The notes under the pieces are model-generated. The model was not told the DNA's origin. It did no database searches and was given only the letters and a program-made list of their open reading frames with translations. Below, piece after piece: positions 25,481 through 39,739 of a DNA stretch of 64,000 nt. Source of the DNA: Camelus ferus (Eukaryota); contig NC_045697.1 in the NCBI RefSeq assembly GCF_009834535.1, positions 96,908,001 through 96,972,000 on the forward strand. The letters run 5' to 3'. Position numbers and translations under genes: made by a program. The stretch's first letter is position 1. The number at the start of each line of letters is the position of its first letter.

Positions 25481-25834
25481 CCCAGGAAAAAATTCATATA
25501 AACATTATTTCTTTTTGAAGAATCTACTAAAGGATGAGCATCATCTGACATAGACGTGACTAATGAAACATCACTAAGCAAAAGAACTGATGGTGGGCAA
25601 TTAACATATGCAATTGTAGGTTTATGACTAATACAAAAGTAATGTAAGAATACAATGTAAGTGTTTTGATGAAATAGAAATAACAGAACTAAAATACCTG
25701 AGAAAAAGAGATGAAAACAGAATAAGCTCATTGCTATATAGCTAATAAGAGGAAGTCAAAGATATCATTTAAAAAATACAAATCAGATAGTATTAGGTTG
25801 AATGTATATAATTACTGATATTCAGTCATTTTTG

Positions 25835-26348
25835 AAATAACAATTCAACTCCAAGGTACGCACCCTAGAGAGACAAATATTTATGTTCACCAAAAGATAC
25901 ATGTAAAGATGTACATAGAACTTTTATTCACAGTAGTATCAAACTGGGAATAATCTAAATGCCCATGAAGACTACAATGGAAAAATAAATTATTGTGTAT
26001 TCATATGATGGTACAGTAGGGGTAATAAAAACGACAAGCTGTTTCAAGCTCTAGAATGTATGAATCTCATAAGCATTATTCTGAGCTGGGGAATACAGAC
26101 ACAAAAAAGTATATACTTGTATGACTACATCTTTAAAGTTCAAAAACAGAAAAAAATGAATCTATTGTGATTAAAGTTAATATAGTGGCTACCTTTGCAG
26201 ACGGATTGACTTGGAGGCTTAAGGGGCTGGTAATGTGAGTGGTGATGATATAGGGGAATATATTTATATAAATTCATCAAATTGTACATTTAATTTTTGT
26301 ATACTTTATGCAAACTTTATGTATTTACATAAAATTTTAAGAAAAAAT
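25835..26348 (+). mobile_element. L1ME/L1MD 3' end
   Basis: caattcaactccaagg...tatgttcaccaaaagatacatgt...tatgaatctcataagcatt...aaagttcaaaaacag...atagtggctaccttt. Confidence 0.8.
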
Positions 26349-28509
26349 TAAGCTAAATAAATATCAAAATAATTTTTGTAAAGTGACAAAAATCATTCAG
26401 AATAATTTTTCTCTTATACTGAATGTGAATAAGTTATGCAAAATTTATGTTTTTAGTCATGATTTTATCTCAAATTTGTTGTGGTTTAATGAAATTGGTC
26501 CTAAAACTTCAGCATTCATTTTCTAAGATTTTTTGTAATGTTTCTTATTGTTATTGTCTATAAGTCATCCTTCAAAAGATATATTGATGTTTTACCTATT
26601 ATACTTACCTAAAACATATTTGAAATTAGAGGAGTTACTCCAGAGGACATCAAAGATTACTCAAGCATGACTTTATGCTATCTTTAATGAAAATAACATT
26701 AAGTTAAAGGCACATTTACTAGAGTATATAAAATCTGCAGGGGATTAACATTAGACCCTAATCTAATTAAGATTAGATTAGTTATTAAAAATATCAAAAC
26801 ACTATATTGGGAACAAATAAATGAAAATATTTACAAGATGATATAAGCCTCAATGTATTTGTTTGGTTAAAAGACTCTCCTCTACTGGTAAATTTTATGG
26901 CCTCACTAATTAGGTATAAGAAATCCAGATACCTATGATTTTTACATTACTTTAAGGAAACAGGTTCTGGACCTAAATCTCTAGGTCCACTAGAACTATT
27001 TGGTATTAAGTAGTTCTTCCTTTTTCAAGATTGACAATACAATTAAGAGTAATGTTCTTTGCTTTCATTGTAAACAAGTACTTTTGTTTCTGCATCATAT
27101 ACTGGTTTAAATACTGAAAAACAAGTTGCGTATCCAGTTTTATTTTTATTGATAAGCTATATGGCAGGCTTGTTAGTTAAAACATAAAGGATCTGTGTGT
27201 CAGTGTCTATGTGTAATTTTTTAAAAAGCTGGAAGAAAATCTAAGCACTCTATTTTGTTAACCATATTGATAGAAGAGGTATGGAATGAAAACACTTAGT
27301 ATCTACTAGGAAAATTACTGTGCTTGTCAAAGTTTATTTAATACAAAAGTCTATGTTGCCATTTTTCATTATTTTAAAATATAACTAGAATGGGGAATTT
27401 CAGGATATACAATTAAATCTGTACTCAGAATATTGATCTTGAAATAAGTATATGTGCAGGTTGAGGAATCAACAGCTAAGTGAAAATGGAGAGGTAATTA
27501 ATTACTTCAGCTCTCTGCAAGTTTTGAAAAGTAAAAAGAAAATGTACCGGATTTCTCTATTGTCCTATTGGCCAATAGCATAGTGCTTACTCTCATCTCT
27601 TACTGCTTATTCAGAAGCTGGCAAAGTAATATGGTAGCTGGTGTGATTTCAGTCCTTGTGTTCTCAGAAACGTTTCTTTAATTCATTCAATTTTTTTTCC
27701 AGTGGATGGCATTTTTTTTAAAGGGGAAATGTAAAAAATCTTATTACTCTCTAAAATGTAATTCTACTCCTACTGCTTAAATGTCTTGTAAATAAAAGGC
27801 ATAAAAGTTAGACTGAGAAAAATTACATTGAAAGAATTTTAATTTCTTTTGAAATGTATTATCACATTTATTTTAATTTCATTGAAATACGAATAAAACA
27901 GTATCTTGAAGAGTTTTCCTACAGTACTGTAAATAAAATAAAAATGACATAGTATATCCATAATTTTCTAATACTTTAGCTATCTTCAACTTATAAAGAA
28001 GCATAAAATATGATAAATTCTGACTTCAAGTCAAATTTACCTAGACTTTTGTGTAAGTATACGAGAGTAAAACACTGATATCTGAGGAAATTTAAACTGT
28101 TCAATGTTTCTTTAAATCCAAATATCATATTCCATAACTAATTGGCTTCTGAAGGGCCTCATTATGAAAACTGGAAACTAGATTTTCGAAAAGTTAACTT
28201 TTAGGAGTTTTTAAGTCTACAAAGTTCAACCAAACTGGATAAGAGAAAAACGTTTGCATTAATGATTTTAAAGACATGAACTTTCTCGCTATAGACATAG
28301 TCAAATTCCTCAGGGCAATTCTTTCTGTGGCCTCTTCTTGTGCATGCCTTCCCACATGTGCTTTTCCTTTGCTTAGGACTTCTTTTTTTTGCCCTCAACT
28401 AAAAACAATATAAGTATCATGTGTTTCAAAGAATTTGAGAATAGTTGTTAACAATTCTTATCTCCAGATACTCAATGAGCTTACATCTCAGAAAATTTAA
28501 GTATGACTT

Positions 28510-28685
28510 TTGGATTATCTCCCTACTAATTATCTTACTTACAAATTATCCTATTTGACTTCTTAGTTTCCGTGTCCTTAACTGTCTTAAATCATAGTTT
28601 GTTTTCTGGAAGGATTAAATGAGTAAATGTATCTAAAGTACATATCCCAATTTCTGGGATATAGCCTCATAAATTATTAATGCAA
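28510..28685 (+). mobile_element. MIR fragment
   Basis: tcttagtttcc...aggattaaatgagtaaatgtatctaaagtacat. Confidence 0.55.
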
Positions 28686-28751
28686 CACTAACTTTGAGAA
28701 AATTTGAACAACTTTGGTTTGGATATTGAGAGCCATTAGAAGTTCACAGGA

Positions 28752-29059
28752 TTGAGGATTGGGCAAAATGGGTGAAGGTGGTCAAAAAGAGTAAACTTCC
28801 ATTATAAAATAAAGAAGTCATGGATTGTAATGCACAGCGCGGTGACTACAGTCAATAATTCTGTATTGTATATTTGAGAGTTGCTAAAAGATTAGATCTT
28901 GAAAGTTCTCATCACAAGAAATAAGTGTGTAACTATATATGGTAATGTTTGTTAACTAGACTTATTGTGGTGATCATTTCACAATGAATACACATATCAA
29001 ATCATTATGTTGTTCACCTGAAACTTATATATTATACATAATTATATCTCAAAAAAAAA
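28752..29059 (+). mobile_element. L1MA9/10-like 3' end
   Basis: ggtgaaggtggtcaaaa...gcacagcgcggtgactacagtcaataa...ttctcatcacaagaa...ttgtggtgatcatttcacaat...tatatctcaaaaaaaaa. Confidence 0.85.
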
Positions 29060-29109
29060 TTCATGGATGCATCCCTTGAACTATAGTGCTCTCTTTCAGA
29101 GATACTTAC

Positions 29110-29605
29110 TGTGGCAGATACTGGTAGTTACCTATCCCATATCTCTTCTCCCCATTTTCTTTACTATGAGAATGATGATTTAATTTTTACTTTCAGTGAC
29201 AATACCTGGGCACCTGCTTCCTTTATAGTTAGAAGTGTCTGTGTGACACTGGCCTTAACACTGCCATAAATGACAGTCACAGGAGTAGAGTGGGGTGGGA
29301 GAGGTTGCTCTTTGAAAGCCTTTTAAAGGGGTACTGGCTTGTGTGGCTGGCCTCTTTAATCTTTTCCTACTTAACTTTTCTTTCTGCAAGGGAAATTCTT
29401 GCAGACATGAGAATGAAAAATCAACATTAAAAATGATGAACTGGTAATATAGAAAAGTCTTGAGGTATTTTTTACTTCACTGGGCTACTGCATCACCTCT
29501 GGACTGCTTGCATTCCAACTTTTCAAGTTATAAACATAAAACCCTCTATATTTAAGTGCTGTTTTTCTGGTATTTACATGCAGATCAAGAAAACTGCTCT
29601 CTACA
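29110..29605 (+). mobile_element. Old MaLR LTR (MLT1J/K-like)
   Basis: tgtggcagatactggtagttacctatcccatatc...tggactgcttgcattccaactt...aaaaccctctatatttaagtgctg. Confidence 0.6.
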
Positions 29606-30614
29606 ATTTTCAAAGTAGACTGTAGATGCATTCTTGTACTTCCACAAAGTTATACTTGCCCCCAAATCCCAGTAGGGATATCTTTAAAAAACAAATAAAC
29701 TCACATAAACCCTGTAGTTTACATTAACATTAGGTTTGTCTTTTTTTTTTTTTTTTTTTTAGATAAAGGCATAATGACTATCAAAAATTATATATATTCA
29801 TATGTGTTGGTGTGTGTGCAACAAATTTCACTCAATTATTTCACGGAAAAAATAAATTCACTTTACACATGTATCATTGAATCTACTTTTCAATTCTTTG
29901 CCATTGTACACTAAATCTCTATGCTTTTTGCTGAAACAGCAACAAATTAATGTTTGAATTTTAATAGTAAAAGATCTTTATAAGGAAATATAAGAATATT
30001 TTAGAATTATTCACAGAATAAAAGTATGACCCAAATCTTCGAATTTATTTTACTTTGATACGTATTTATTTTACTTTGATAAAACTTTTAATTGTGTACC
30101 ATATTTTACATCTCTCAGCTGTGATGTGTTTGCAATGCAGGAGAAGTAGTATTCTTCTTACAACATGGCTGTTGTGCAGGAAAATTAGCATCACATATGA
30201 GTTGTGTAAGTCAAAAGAGCCAAAAAAAAAGTATTTTGAATTAAATACAATATGTTCTGCTAAAGAATAAAATGATATATTTTGATCAAGCCTTGAGCAA
30301 AAAAACAAGCAAACCCATTTTAACTTTAAAAACATATCTCAATAATATTGTCTTCTTTATTGTATAAATCATCCTGCAGATTTTTCTTAAAACCACATTT
30401 AAACAGAGAAAGAAACTACATGTGCATATACCTTTTCCTAGTTTATTACTGATAGTATTTAACCTCTGAATGTACTAATTTTTATCAAAAATATTTGAGA
30501 GGAAATTATGTGTTCATAGATGCAAAACACAAAATAATTCACCAGGGAACACAATTGTTTTTACCCCTTTTGAAATTACAGAAGGGTTTTAATAGTATTC
30601 CTGTATCATTTTGT

Positions 30615-31088
30615 TCTTTTTTAAAATAAAATTTTATTTTAGAACAGTTTTAGATTATAGACAAGTTACAAAGTTAGTACAAAGTTCCTATATACTCCAC
30701 CTTCCAGCTTTCCCAATTAACATCATATCTCATTATGGTATGTTTGTCATACTAATGAACTAATATTTATACACTATTATTAAGTTCATATTTAATATGA
30801 ATTTCCTTAGCTTTTAGATAATGTGTTTTTTTTTTTTTTGTTCCAGAATCCTACTCAAGATGCAACATTATATTTAGTCATCATGTCTCCATAAAATTTT
30901 CTCAGACTTTTGGATAACCTTAGCTGTTTAAAGGAGTACTGATAAAAGTATTTTATAGACTGTCCTTCAGTTGGGTTGGTGTGATATTTTTTTCTCAGTA
31001 TTAGACAAGGCTTACGTGGTTTGGGGGAGGAAAATCAGAGGTAAAGTTCCATTCGTTCTCATCTTACCATATCAACGGTACATGCATG
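30615..31088 (-). mobile_element. L1MC 3' end, antisense
   Basis: attttagaacagttttagatt...ggagtactgat...ttttatagactgtcc...ggtttgggggaggaaaatcagaggtaaag. Confidence 0.8.
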
Positions 31089-33089
31089 CTATCTATGAAC
31101 AACTATTTGCCAACAAAATGGACAACCTAGAAGAAATAGGCAATTTCTTAGAAAGGTATAATCTCCCAACACTGAACTAAGAAGAAGTAGAAAATATGAA
31201 CATACCAATTACCAGTAAGGAATTTGAATCAATAATTTAAAAGTTCCCAACAAACAAGAGTCCAGGACCAGATGGCTTCACAAGTGAATTCTATAAAACA
31301 TTTAGAGAAGAGTTAACAGCTTTCCTTCTCAAACTGTTCCAAAAAAATTGCAGAAGAAGGAACACTTCAGAACTTACCCTACGAGGCCAGCATCATCTGA
31401 TATCAAAATCAGACAAAGACATCACAGAAAAGAAAATTACAAGTCAATATCACTGATGAACATCAATGTAAAAATTCTCAACAAAATACTTGCAAATCAA
31501 ATTCAACTATACATTAAAAGAATTATACACTATGACCAAGTGGGATTTATTCCAGGGATGCAAGAATTTTTCAATATCCACAAATCAATCAATGTGATAC
31601 ACCACATTAAAAATGAAGAATAAAAACCATATGATCATCTCAATCGATGCAGAAAGATCCTTTCATAAAAATCTAACATTCCTTTATGATAAAAACCTCC
31701 TCAGAAGGTGAGCATAGAGGAAACATAACTCAACGTAATAAAAACTATTCATGACAAATCCACAGCTAGCATCATATTCATCAATGAAAAGCTGAAAGCA
31801 TTTCCTGTAAGATTAGGAACAAGGCAAAGATGCCCATCCTTGCCACTTCTCTTCACCATAGTATTGGAAGTCCTAGGCACATCAACCAGACAAGAGAAAG
31901 AAATAAAAGGAATCCAAATTGGAAAGGAAGAAGTAAAACTGTCACTGTTTGCAGATGATATAATACTATATGTAGAAAATCCTAAAGATGCCACCAGAAA
32001 ACTACTTGAGGAATTAGAAAAAAACAAACAAAGCCGAAAGTCAGCAGAAAGAAGGAAATAATAAAGAGCAGAGGAAATAAATAAAATAGAGACAAAAACC
32101 AGAAAATATCGATAAAATCAAGGGCTGGTTTTTTTTTTTAAGCTAAATAAAATTCATAAGCCTTTAGCCAGGCTCATCAAGGAAAAAAGGAAACAACCCA
32201 TTGTCACAGAGATACAAAAAATTGTAAGAGAATACTGTGAACAATTATATGCCTACAAATTAGACCACCTAGAAGAAATGGAATTTCTAGAAACATATAA
32301 TCTTCCAATACTGAATCAGGAAGAAATAGACAATCTGAACAAACCAATCTCTAGTAGTAAAATTGAATTTGTAATTAAAAAACCCCTAGCAAGCAAAAGT
32401 CCATAACAGGATGGCCTCACAGGGGAATTCAATTCAACATAAAAAGAAAAAGTAATATCTATCTTTCTCTAACTATTCCAAAAAGTATTAAGGATAAAAA
32501 TTATATGATCATCTCAATAGACTCAGACAAAATTCAACAGCTACTCATGACAAAAACTCTCATCAAAGTTGGAAAAAAGGGAAACTATCTCAAAATGATG
32601 AAGGCCATTTTTGACAAACTCACAGCTAACATCATATTCAGTGGTGAAAAGCTAAAAGTTTTTCTTCCAAAATTACCAGCAAGACAAGGATGCCCACTTT
32701 TGCCAATTCTATTTAACACAATATTGGAAATTCTAGCCACATCAATAAAAGAAGAGAAAGAAATAAAAGGCATACACATTGAATGAGTAGACATAAATCT
32801 GTCACTGTTTGCATATGACATAATACTATATATAAAAAACCCCTAAAGTCTCCACCAAGAAAACTATTAGAACTAATAAATGAATTCAGAATAGTTGCAG
32901 GATACATGAATAGTATAAATAAATCTGTTGCTTTTCTATACACTAATAATAAACTATCAGAAAGAGAAAACAAGAAAACAATTCCATTTAACATCACATA
33001 ACAGATGACTGAATAAAAAAGATGTGGTATACACAACATTGTAAACTGACTATACTTCAATAAAAAAATACATATACCAAAAAGATGTA

Positions 33090-33124
<35 letters not shown>

Positions 33125-34580
33125 CACAATGGAATTTTTCTCAGCCATAAAAAAGAATTAAAGAATGCCATTTGCAGCAACGTGGATGGACTTAGTGATT
33201 ATCATATTATGTGAAATAAGTCAGAAAGAAAGATACCAGATGATATCACTTATCTGTGGAATCTTAAAAAAAAAAAAAAAGATACAAATTCTATTTAAAA
33301 ACCAAAAAAAAAAAGACTCACAGGCATAGAAAACAACCTATGGTTACCAAAGGGTGGGGGGGGGATAAATTAGGAGTTTGGGATTGATAGATACATATTA
33401 CTATATATAAAACAGATAAACAACAAGGATCTACTATACAGCACAGGAAACTATATTCAATTTCTTGTAATAATATATGATGGAAAATAATCTGAAAACA
33501 TGTATGTATGTACATGTATAACTGAATCACTTTATTGTATACCTTAAATTAACACTGTAAATCAACTACACTTTAATTTAAAAAAATTTTTTAAATCACA
33601 TTAAAAAGACTCAAATCCCTAGGAATAAACTTAACTAATGATGAGAAAGACCTATACTTTGAAAACTGTAAACCACTGACCAATGAAATTGAATATGATA
33701 CCAAAAAATGGAAAGATATTTCATATTCATGGACTAGAAGAAGTAATATTGTTAAAATGTCCATACTACCCAAAGCAATTTACAGATTTAATGCAGTCTC
33801 TATCATAATATCCATGGCTTTTTTTTACAGAACTAGAAAAAAAATCCTAAAATTCATATGGAACTAAAAACAACTTTGAGTAGCCAAAGCAATCTTGAGA
33901 AAAAAGTACAAAGCTGGAGGTATCACACTCCCAAACTTCAGACTATACTACAAAGCTATAATAATTAAAACAGTAAAGTACTGGCACAAAAACAGACAAA
34001 TAGATCAATATAGCAGTATATAGCCCAGAAACAAGCCCATGAACCCATGGTCCATTAGTCTATGACAAAGGAGGCAAGAAAATACAATAGAGAAAAGACA
34101 GTCTTCTCAATAAGTGGTGTTGGAAAAAATAACTGCATGTAAAAGAGTGAGATCAGACCTTTATTCACAGCATATACAAAAACGAATTCAGAGTGGATTA
34201 AAAACTTAAATGTAAGACCAGAAACCATAAAACTCCTAGAAGAAAACATAGGCAGAACCCTCACTGACATAAGTTGTAGAAATATTTTTTGGATCTGTCT
34301 CCTAAGGCAAAGGAAACAAAACCAAAAATAAACAAATGGGACACAATTAATTGTAAAAGCTTTTGCACAGCAAAGGAAACCATCAACAAAATAAAAAGAC
34401 AACCTATTGAATGGAATATAAATATTTGCAGAAATACTTGCAAATATATGACCAGTAAGTGGTTAATATCCAAATTATACAAAAAGCTCATAAAACTCAA
34501 TACCAAAAAACAAACAATCCAATCAAAAAATGGGCAGAAGACCTGAATAGACTTTTTCCAAAGAAGATATACAGATGGTC
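31089..34580 (+). mobile_element. Cluster of L1 ORF2 fragments (RT region present twice) with nested L1 3' ends
   Basis: [24 protein letters not shown]...[59 protein letters not shown]. Confidence 0.92.
33000..33591 (+). mobile_element. Younger L1 3' end nested in the L1 ORF2 fragment
   Basis: Interrupts the host at attccattta(a/c)atcacat|taaaaagac...cctaggaataaac; duplicated acatcacat (32991-32999) / aaatcacat (33593-33601). Confidence 0.8.
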
Positions 34581-34689
34581 AATACTCCTAAAATTATCTA
34601 CAGAGTCCCTATTTCTGGTTCCCCATTATCCTCCTTATGTCTATCCCACAGCAATAATCTTAAACTGTTATTCATGCATTATATGTCTG

Positions 34690-34812
34690 TAAGGTGACTG
34701 TACAATTTACCATACAAACCAGGACACATACCAGAGTGGAAGAAGCTGTTATCAGTAATTTTGCCAAGACAACAAACATAAACCAACACTATTTTATCTA
34801 AACTTTATACAA
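34690..34812 (+). mobile_element. MER81/MER94-like hAT-Blackjack MITE
   Basis: taaggtgactgtacaatttaccatacaaaccaggacac...aattttgccaagacaacaaacataaacc. Confidence 0.6.
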
Positions 34813-37800
34813 TCAATTTCTTATAATAGTGATGATAGTATAAATTTTAAAATATTTACTAATTAAAAGTTGCCACTTGACAATGTGACACAGTTATTTG
34901 TTGACTAGTTAGAGATACAAATTCACAACTATCCAGAAAAGACTGTGCTCCTTCTATATCAAAATGAAGTATTGCCCAGGGTATTTGGTAAAAGGAATAC
35001 ACCTAAATCTATCAGTCATTCAGTCTTGTTAATTAACATTTTTTTCTACACATATAACCTTTACAAAATAAGAAAATTAATTTTATATGTATCATTATGA
35101 CAATGAGATATGTATCCACAGCTTCTCAGTTCGATTTTAAATTGTAGGCTTTTTCTCTTCACAGGTAACATTGTTCTAAAATGTGAAACTAGCAATATAT
35201 TATGAATTAATTTAAAAAAAAAAAGGCCCTTTTCTGAGTTGCTTTCCTCTGGAGTCACTGTAAAGACATACAATGATGGGTGGAAACATCTTACACACCC
35301 AAAATCAGAGTACTGCATTAAATAAATCTCATAAGAAATCATAGTATTACTTATGCAATTTATTTATGCATTTATATATTTTAATACATAAGTCATTTTG
35401 TATTTATTAATTTGTTTATACATTATATCATGTTCCAGTAGAAGATTTAAATTTGAAAAAGATAAAAAAATGTGAAAATAATACATATCTAATTTGTGGT
35501 CCTGGCAATAACTTGGCTTAAATTACTTACAGAATAAGTGACATAAAATTATTTTTGGAATTGGATATTTTCAGATATTTTTTACTGCTGATGCCTTTGT
35601 GTGTGTGTACGTGTGCAGTGTGTGTCTGCCTGCACATCAACCTGAGACCGACAATACAGTATGCACAGTCATGTAATATCTGACTTACATGTATGCTATC
35701 ATCTCAAGGGCTTAATAAACATGCTAATATACTAATATACTAAATAAGTATTTGTTGTATTGAATTGAGTTGACTCTAGGAAGAAAAAATAAAAGCAGTA
35801 TCATAATTGAGTATCATTTTGTTTCAGATAAAAATTCAATATGTTAACATTTTATGTATCTGCCCTAGTATCACAAAGAATTTTAAAAATGCCAAATAAC
35901 TTATTTTAATTGAGTAGATGATTTCTAACTCCTTAGAACTTAAAGTAATATAACTTTATAATTATTTATAAATGTTCCTAGAATCTTAAACTTTATTGAG
36001 ACTCTAGTGGTTGAAGCTAAAATTCCTCAAGCTATAGGTTATCTAAAATTTCTAAACCACTTTATCCCTAATGAGTATTACTAAAATGTACATCATTCTA
36101 TGATAAACTTCCTTGATTCATTTTAATTAAGAAATATATTATGAATGACACAATCAAATATCTCCATGTATTTTCATTGGACATGTCTCCTAGAATTATA
36201 CTTGTTTATATTATTTCATAATAATTTGTCAGAAAAATGGCATGTGCTTAAGTTACATGAATTTAATTGTACACAAATTACCAGAAAAATACTAAAGAAT
36301 TATTTCAACCTTTAAAAGCAGCTGCTTTCCAAAGACTTCAAATGTTATCACTGTTAAATGGTAGTTTTATGTATGCACTGGGAGAACAGCGAAGTTGCCA
36401 TGTGTAATTTATTCAAGAGTCTGGCTGATTATATTCTTGCTAGGTTTAATCAGATAGCTGATGAGTAAAATTACTTTAAAATATTCTCTACAGAATGTGT
36501 GGAAAATTCTTCATTGCAATGAGTCTATTACTTATGTTGCATAAATTCATGGTGAGGAAAAGTAATAAACCAACATTTTCATAAAGAGTAATGTAAACAT
36601 TTTACATAGCCCAACTATTTTTTATCAATTTATTCTAAAGAAATGCTTTTTCTAAAATCCATAATTTGTGTGACAAACATGGTGGGCATGCTCTGTGTGT
36701 CTATGAATCAGCACAGTTTGCTTGGAACTTAGAATAGCTCTGAGTTCTACAGAGAACAGTAGCTATATGGAGTGCTTTCTACATCTTGGGTCCCAGAACA
36801 TTAATTGTGGGCAGAAGCTGCTACTGCCCCTGCCTGTGCCAAGGAGGTATGGGGAAAGCCTTTCAGTTCTGTTGCTCTGGAAAGATTCTTTATCACCAGA
36901 CCAAATTCCACACTTCCATACGCTTTATCCATAGACTATGAATTTTAAGACTTAAAATACACTACACATCTTTTCTTTCAAATTTTAGGCTGTGTTTTTC
37001 TCCATCAACTCATATTGGGCTAAGTTCTACTTAAAGAAATTATGATAAGTTCCTTGTTACATAACTACAAATGATTTATTCTCCACTTAAAATATCTTGT
37101 GTGTGTATGTATGTGTGTGAGAATGTGATTCGAACAGGAAGTATTGGCTTAGTCCACCATCTTTCTTCATTATTTACTTGCTGCCCCAGACATAAATATA
37201 TAGTTTAGATACACCCATATATACATACATTCATACATAGGTGACTGGATAATCAAAGATACTGCTAGAATAATAGCTGTCAGTAATATTATCAACAGAA
37301 ATAATTTCCTTAGGGGACCAATGTGTTGACTAGTGATGCTCCAGTTATTTCTCTTGTCTATACAACAAATTATGCTATTAATAAAAGGAACTTTTTAGAA
37401 TTTTTTTTACTAACAAGTTTGTTTTAAACCTCTACTTAAAAACCTCAAAAACAAAAATGAGATTTCAAGCATTCAAGGGAATTACAATTATGCTTCCTAA
37501 ATCAGAACTTGCCTGTAAAAAGTAAATTTGATAAAGAAGTTCTACAATTGAGTTTCAGATGACTGCTACTAAGGAATCCTTTGAAGGGAGTGATATTTGG
37601 TAGCAAAGAAAGGACAGCTTCTTAGAATAAGAGGGCTTGAGTCTGATGAATCTGTAGTAGTAGGTGCTTGAGAAATTTTTTTTTACATGACTAAATGAAA
37701 GCAGTATTTTAGTAAACTCTCTCTCTATTAGTAAAATCTACTTTTGATTACAATATATTGACTCCCAATCTCAAAAAATGTAATGGTCAAGTACATAATT

Positions 37801-37902
37801 ATGGTCATACCCATTTGTACATTCAAGGCAACTGATAAACAAGAAGCTGTATGACTTGCCCAGTTTGGTACAGCTACCCTCAGGCCACCAGCCGTCTAGA
37901 AA

Positions 37903-38140
37903 AGCAGAATAGCATAGGAATTAAGATCACAGAATCTGAAACCAGCCTCCTACATTAGAATTTCTGTGTCTTTCTCATAAACTTCAAGTACCTTGGCAAG
38001 TTACTTAAACTTTGTGGCTCTGTCTTCCCACAAGGGAAAGTGTATTAGAAGTACCTAATCCCAAGGTTGTAGTAAGGATTAAATATTATGAATTAATAAA
38101 TGTAAAACAGTGTAATATATGAGTTTTTTATTATTATTAG
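37903..38140 (+). mobile_element. MIR SINE
   Basis: gcagaatagcataggaattaagatcacag...ccttggcaagttacttaaactt...aggttgtagtaaggattaaat. Confidence 0.8.
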
Positions 38141-38625
38141 TCTGAGATTAAGATCTTAGGCCAGATGCATATACATTTTAGCCTAATTTTATGCTACTCC
38201 TACCACATGAATGTTTTGCATTATTACTCTCCTCTGAACTATCAGTAGTTACCCTCAGTTACTCAGTCTTAGTGGAGTGAATATCTGATAGATCACTTCT
38301 ATGCTTAAAAGATTTTGCTCTCTCTTATCAGAAAGTGAATCTATATCTCCTCTTCCACTGCCCATAAACATGTGTTCTTTTTGTTGTTTTCAACATTCCA
38401 TCCACCCCTCTTTTTTTTTAACTGGGTTAGCCAACTTCTTATTTGCTCCTAATCTGCATGTTATCTCCTCCAGCATGCCTTCTTTAATCCACTCAATCCA
38501 GATGGGTCTTTAACTGGTCTCCTAGTCTTTTACATTCTCATAAATCTGCATGCACATCATACAAATTCCTAGTACATTTGTTGGTCTTTTCTATCATACT
38601 GTAAGATTTTTCAGGGCTGGGGCTG

Positions 38626-38628
<3 letters not shown>

Positions 38629-38670
<42 letters not shown>
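38629..38670. repeat. (TG)n microsatellite
   Basis: Visible directly in the sequence. Confidence 0.97.
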
Positions 38671-38674
<4 letters not shown>

Positions 38675-38829
38675 ACCCAAGTCCTAAAAGGGTCTAGGAC
38701 AGATCTAGCTTTTGTTGTGTTAGTTGTATCTGTAAATTTACGTGTTTTACTTGCTAAAAACATATAACCTCCAGAATAAAGTAACTTATTCCACAGAAAG
38801 TTACCATATAAGCAGTTTAATCTTAGCTT

Positions 38830-39030
38830 GCGATATATAGTGACATTAATGATATGTTTGAAGTCAGAAGACCCTAGCCTTACTATTTATTAAATGTACA
38901 ATTTTGTAAATGTTACTTAAACTTTTAGAGCCCCAGGTAATTCCAGTAAAAAATGTTAATAACTACTCTGAAGAGTTATTATACAGATAAAAAAAATATG
39001 ATAAATCAAATAACTTAATGCAGAGTTCCA
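38830..39030 (+). mobile_element. MIR SINE
   Basis: tttgaagtcagaagacc...gttacttaaacttttagagccccag...ataactactctgaagagttatt. Confidence 0.6.
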
Positions 39031-39739
39031 GGGATTTTTGAATAAAATATAATGAAACCTGAAATTTACTATGAATAATCAACAACATAAATTATTTGCA
39101 GGTGTAAAATTTAGAAGATACATATTTTACTAACCTTTTATATCATATCTTTAAATTCATATTATTGCTTTATGTTTCTACCTTTATTATTAATATTTAG
39201 TTAACTAACTTGTATTATTTAGTAATTTAATTTACAGGGAGTTATATAATAGCTTCCAGAATTACATTTTAATATTACTCATACTTTCATGAGTATGGGC
39301 AAAACAAAGTGACATTTGTGGATTGCAATAATAAAATAAAATGATATAATTCACTACCAAAAAAAGTTCAGGACAATTTAAGATAAAAATTCTGATGTCA
39401 GTAATTTGGAAAGCAAACTCTTATTCACATAAAAAAGAAGCAATCATTTGTGTGTAAGTGATTAATGAAATATCTGACTACTAAAGTGTAATCATAAAAT
39501 AGCTGATGAATAAAATTCCTATGTAATAACTCTAGCAAATGCATGTTATTTTGTAACTACAAATTTTTGCTGATTCTCTAGTGGCTAAACATAGAGTGAG
39601 AGCTTATGATATATTCATACTTCCTAGATTCATGAGCAATTTTGTTTTCTCACTATATTGTTAAGCAGAAGAAAATTGAGCATCAAAATATGTCTGATTC
39701 CGCTTTTTATAATTTGCTTGATTCTAGTTTCATTCTTGC

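Noticed and set aside
28201..28398. Possible minus-strand terminal exon (tttttag|TTGAGGGC...)
   Set aside because: It has an acceptor-like site, but I recognise no protein in any frame and have no supporting upstream exons.
31348..34692. Reverse-transcriptase-like ORFs as an active retroelement or novel RT system
   Set aside because: They are fragmented, stop-ridden LINE-1 ORF2 pieces. No intact ORF2 exists anywhere in the window.
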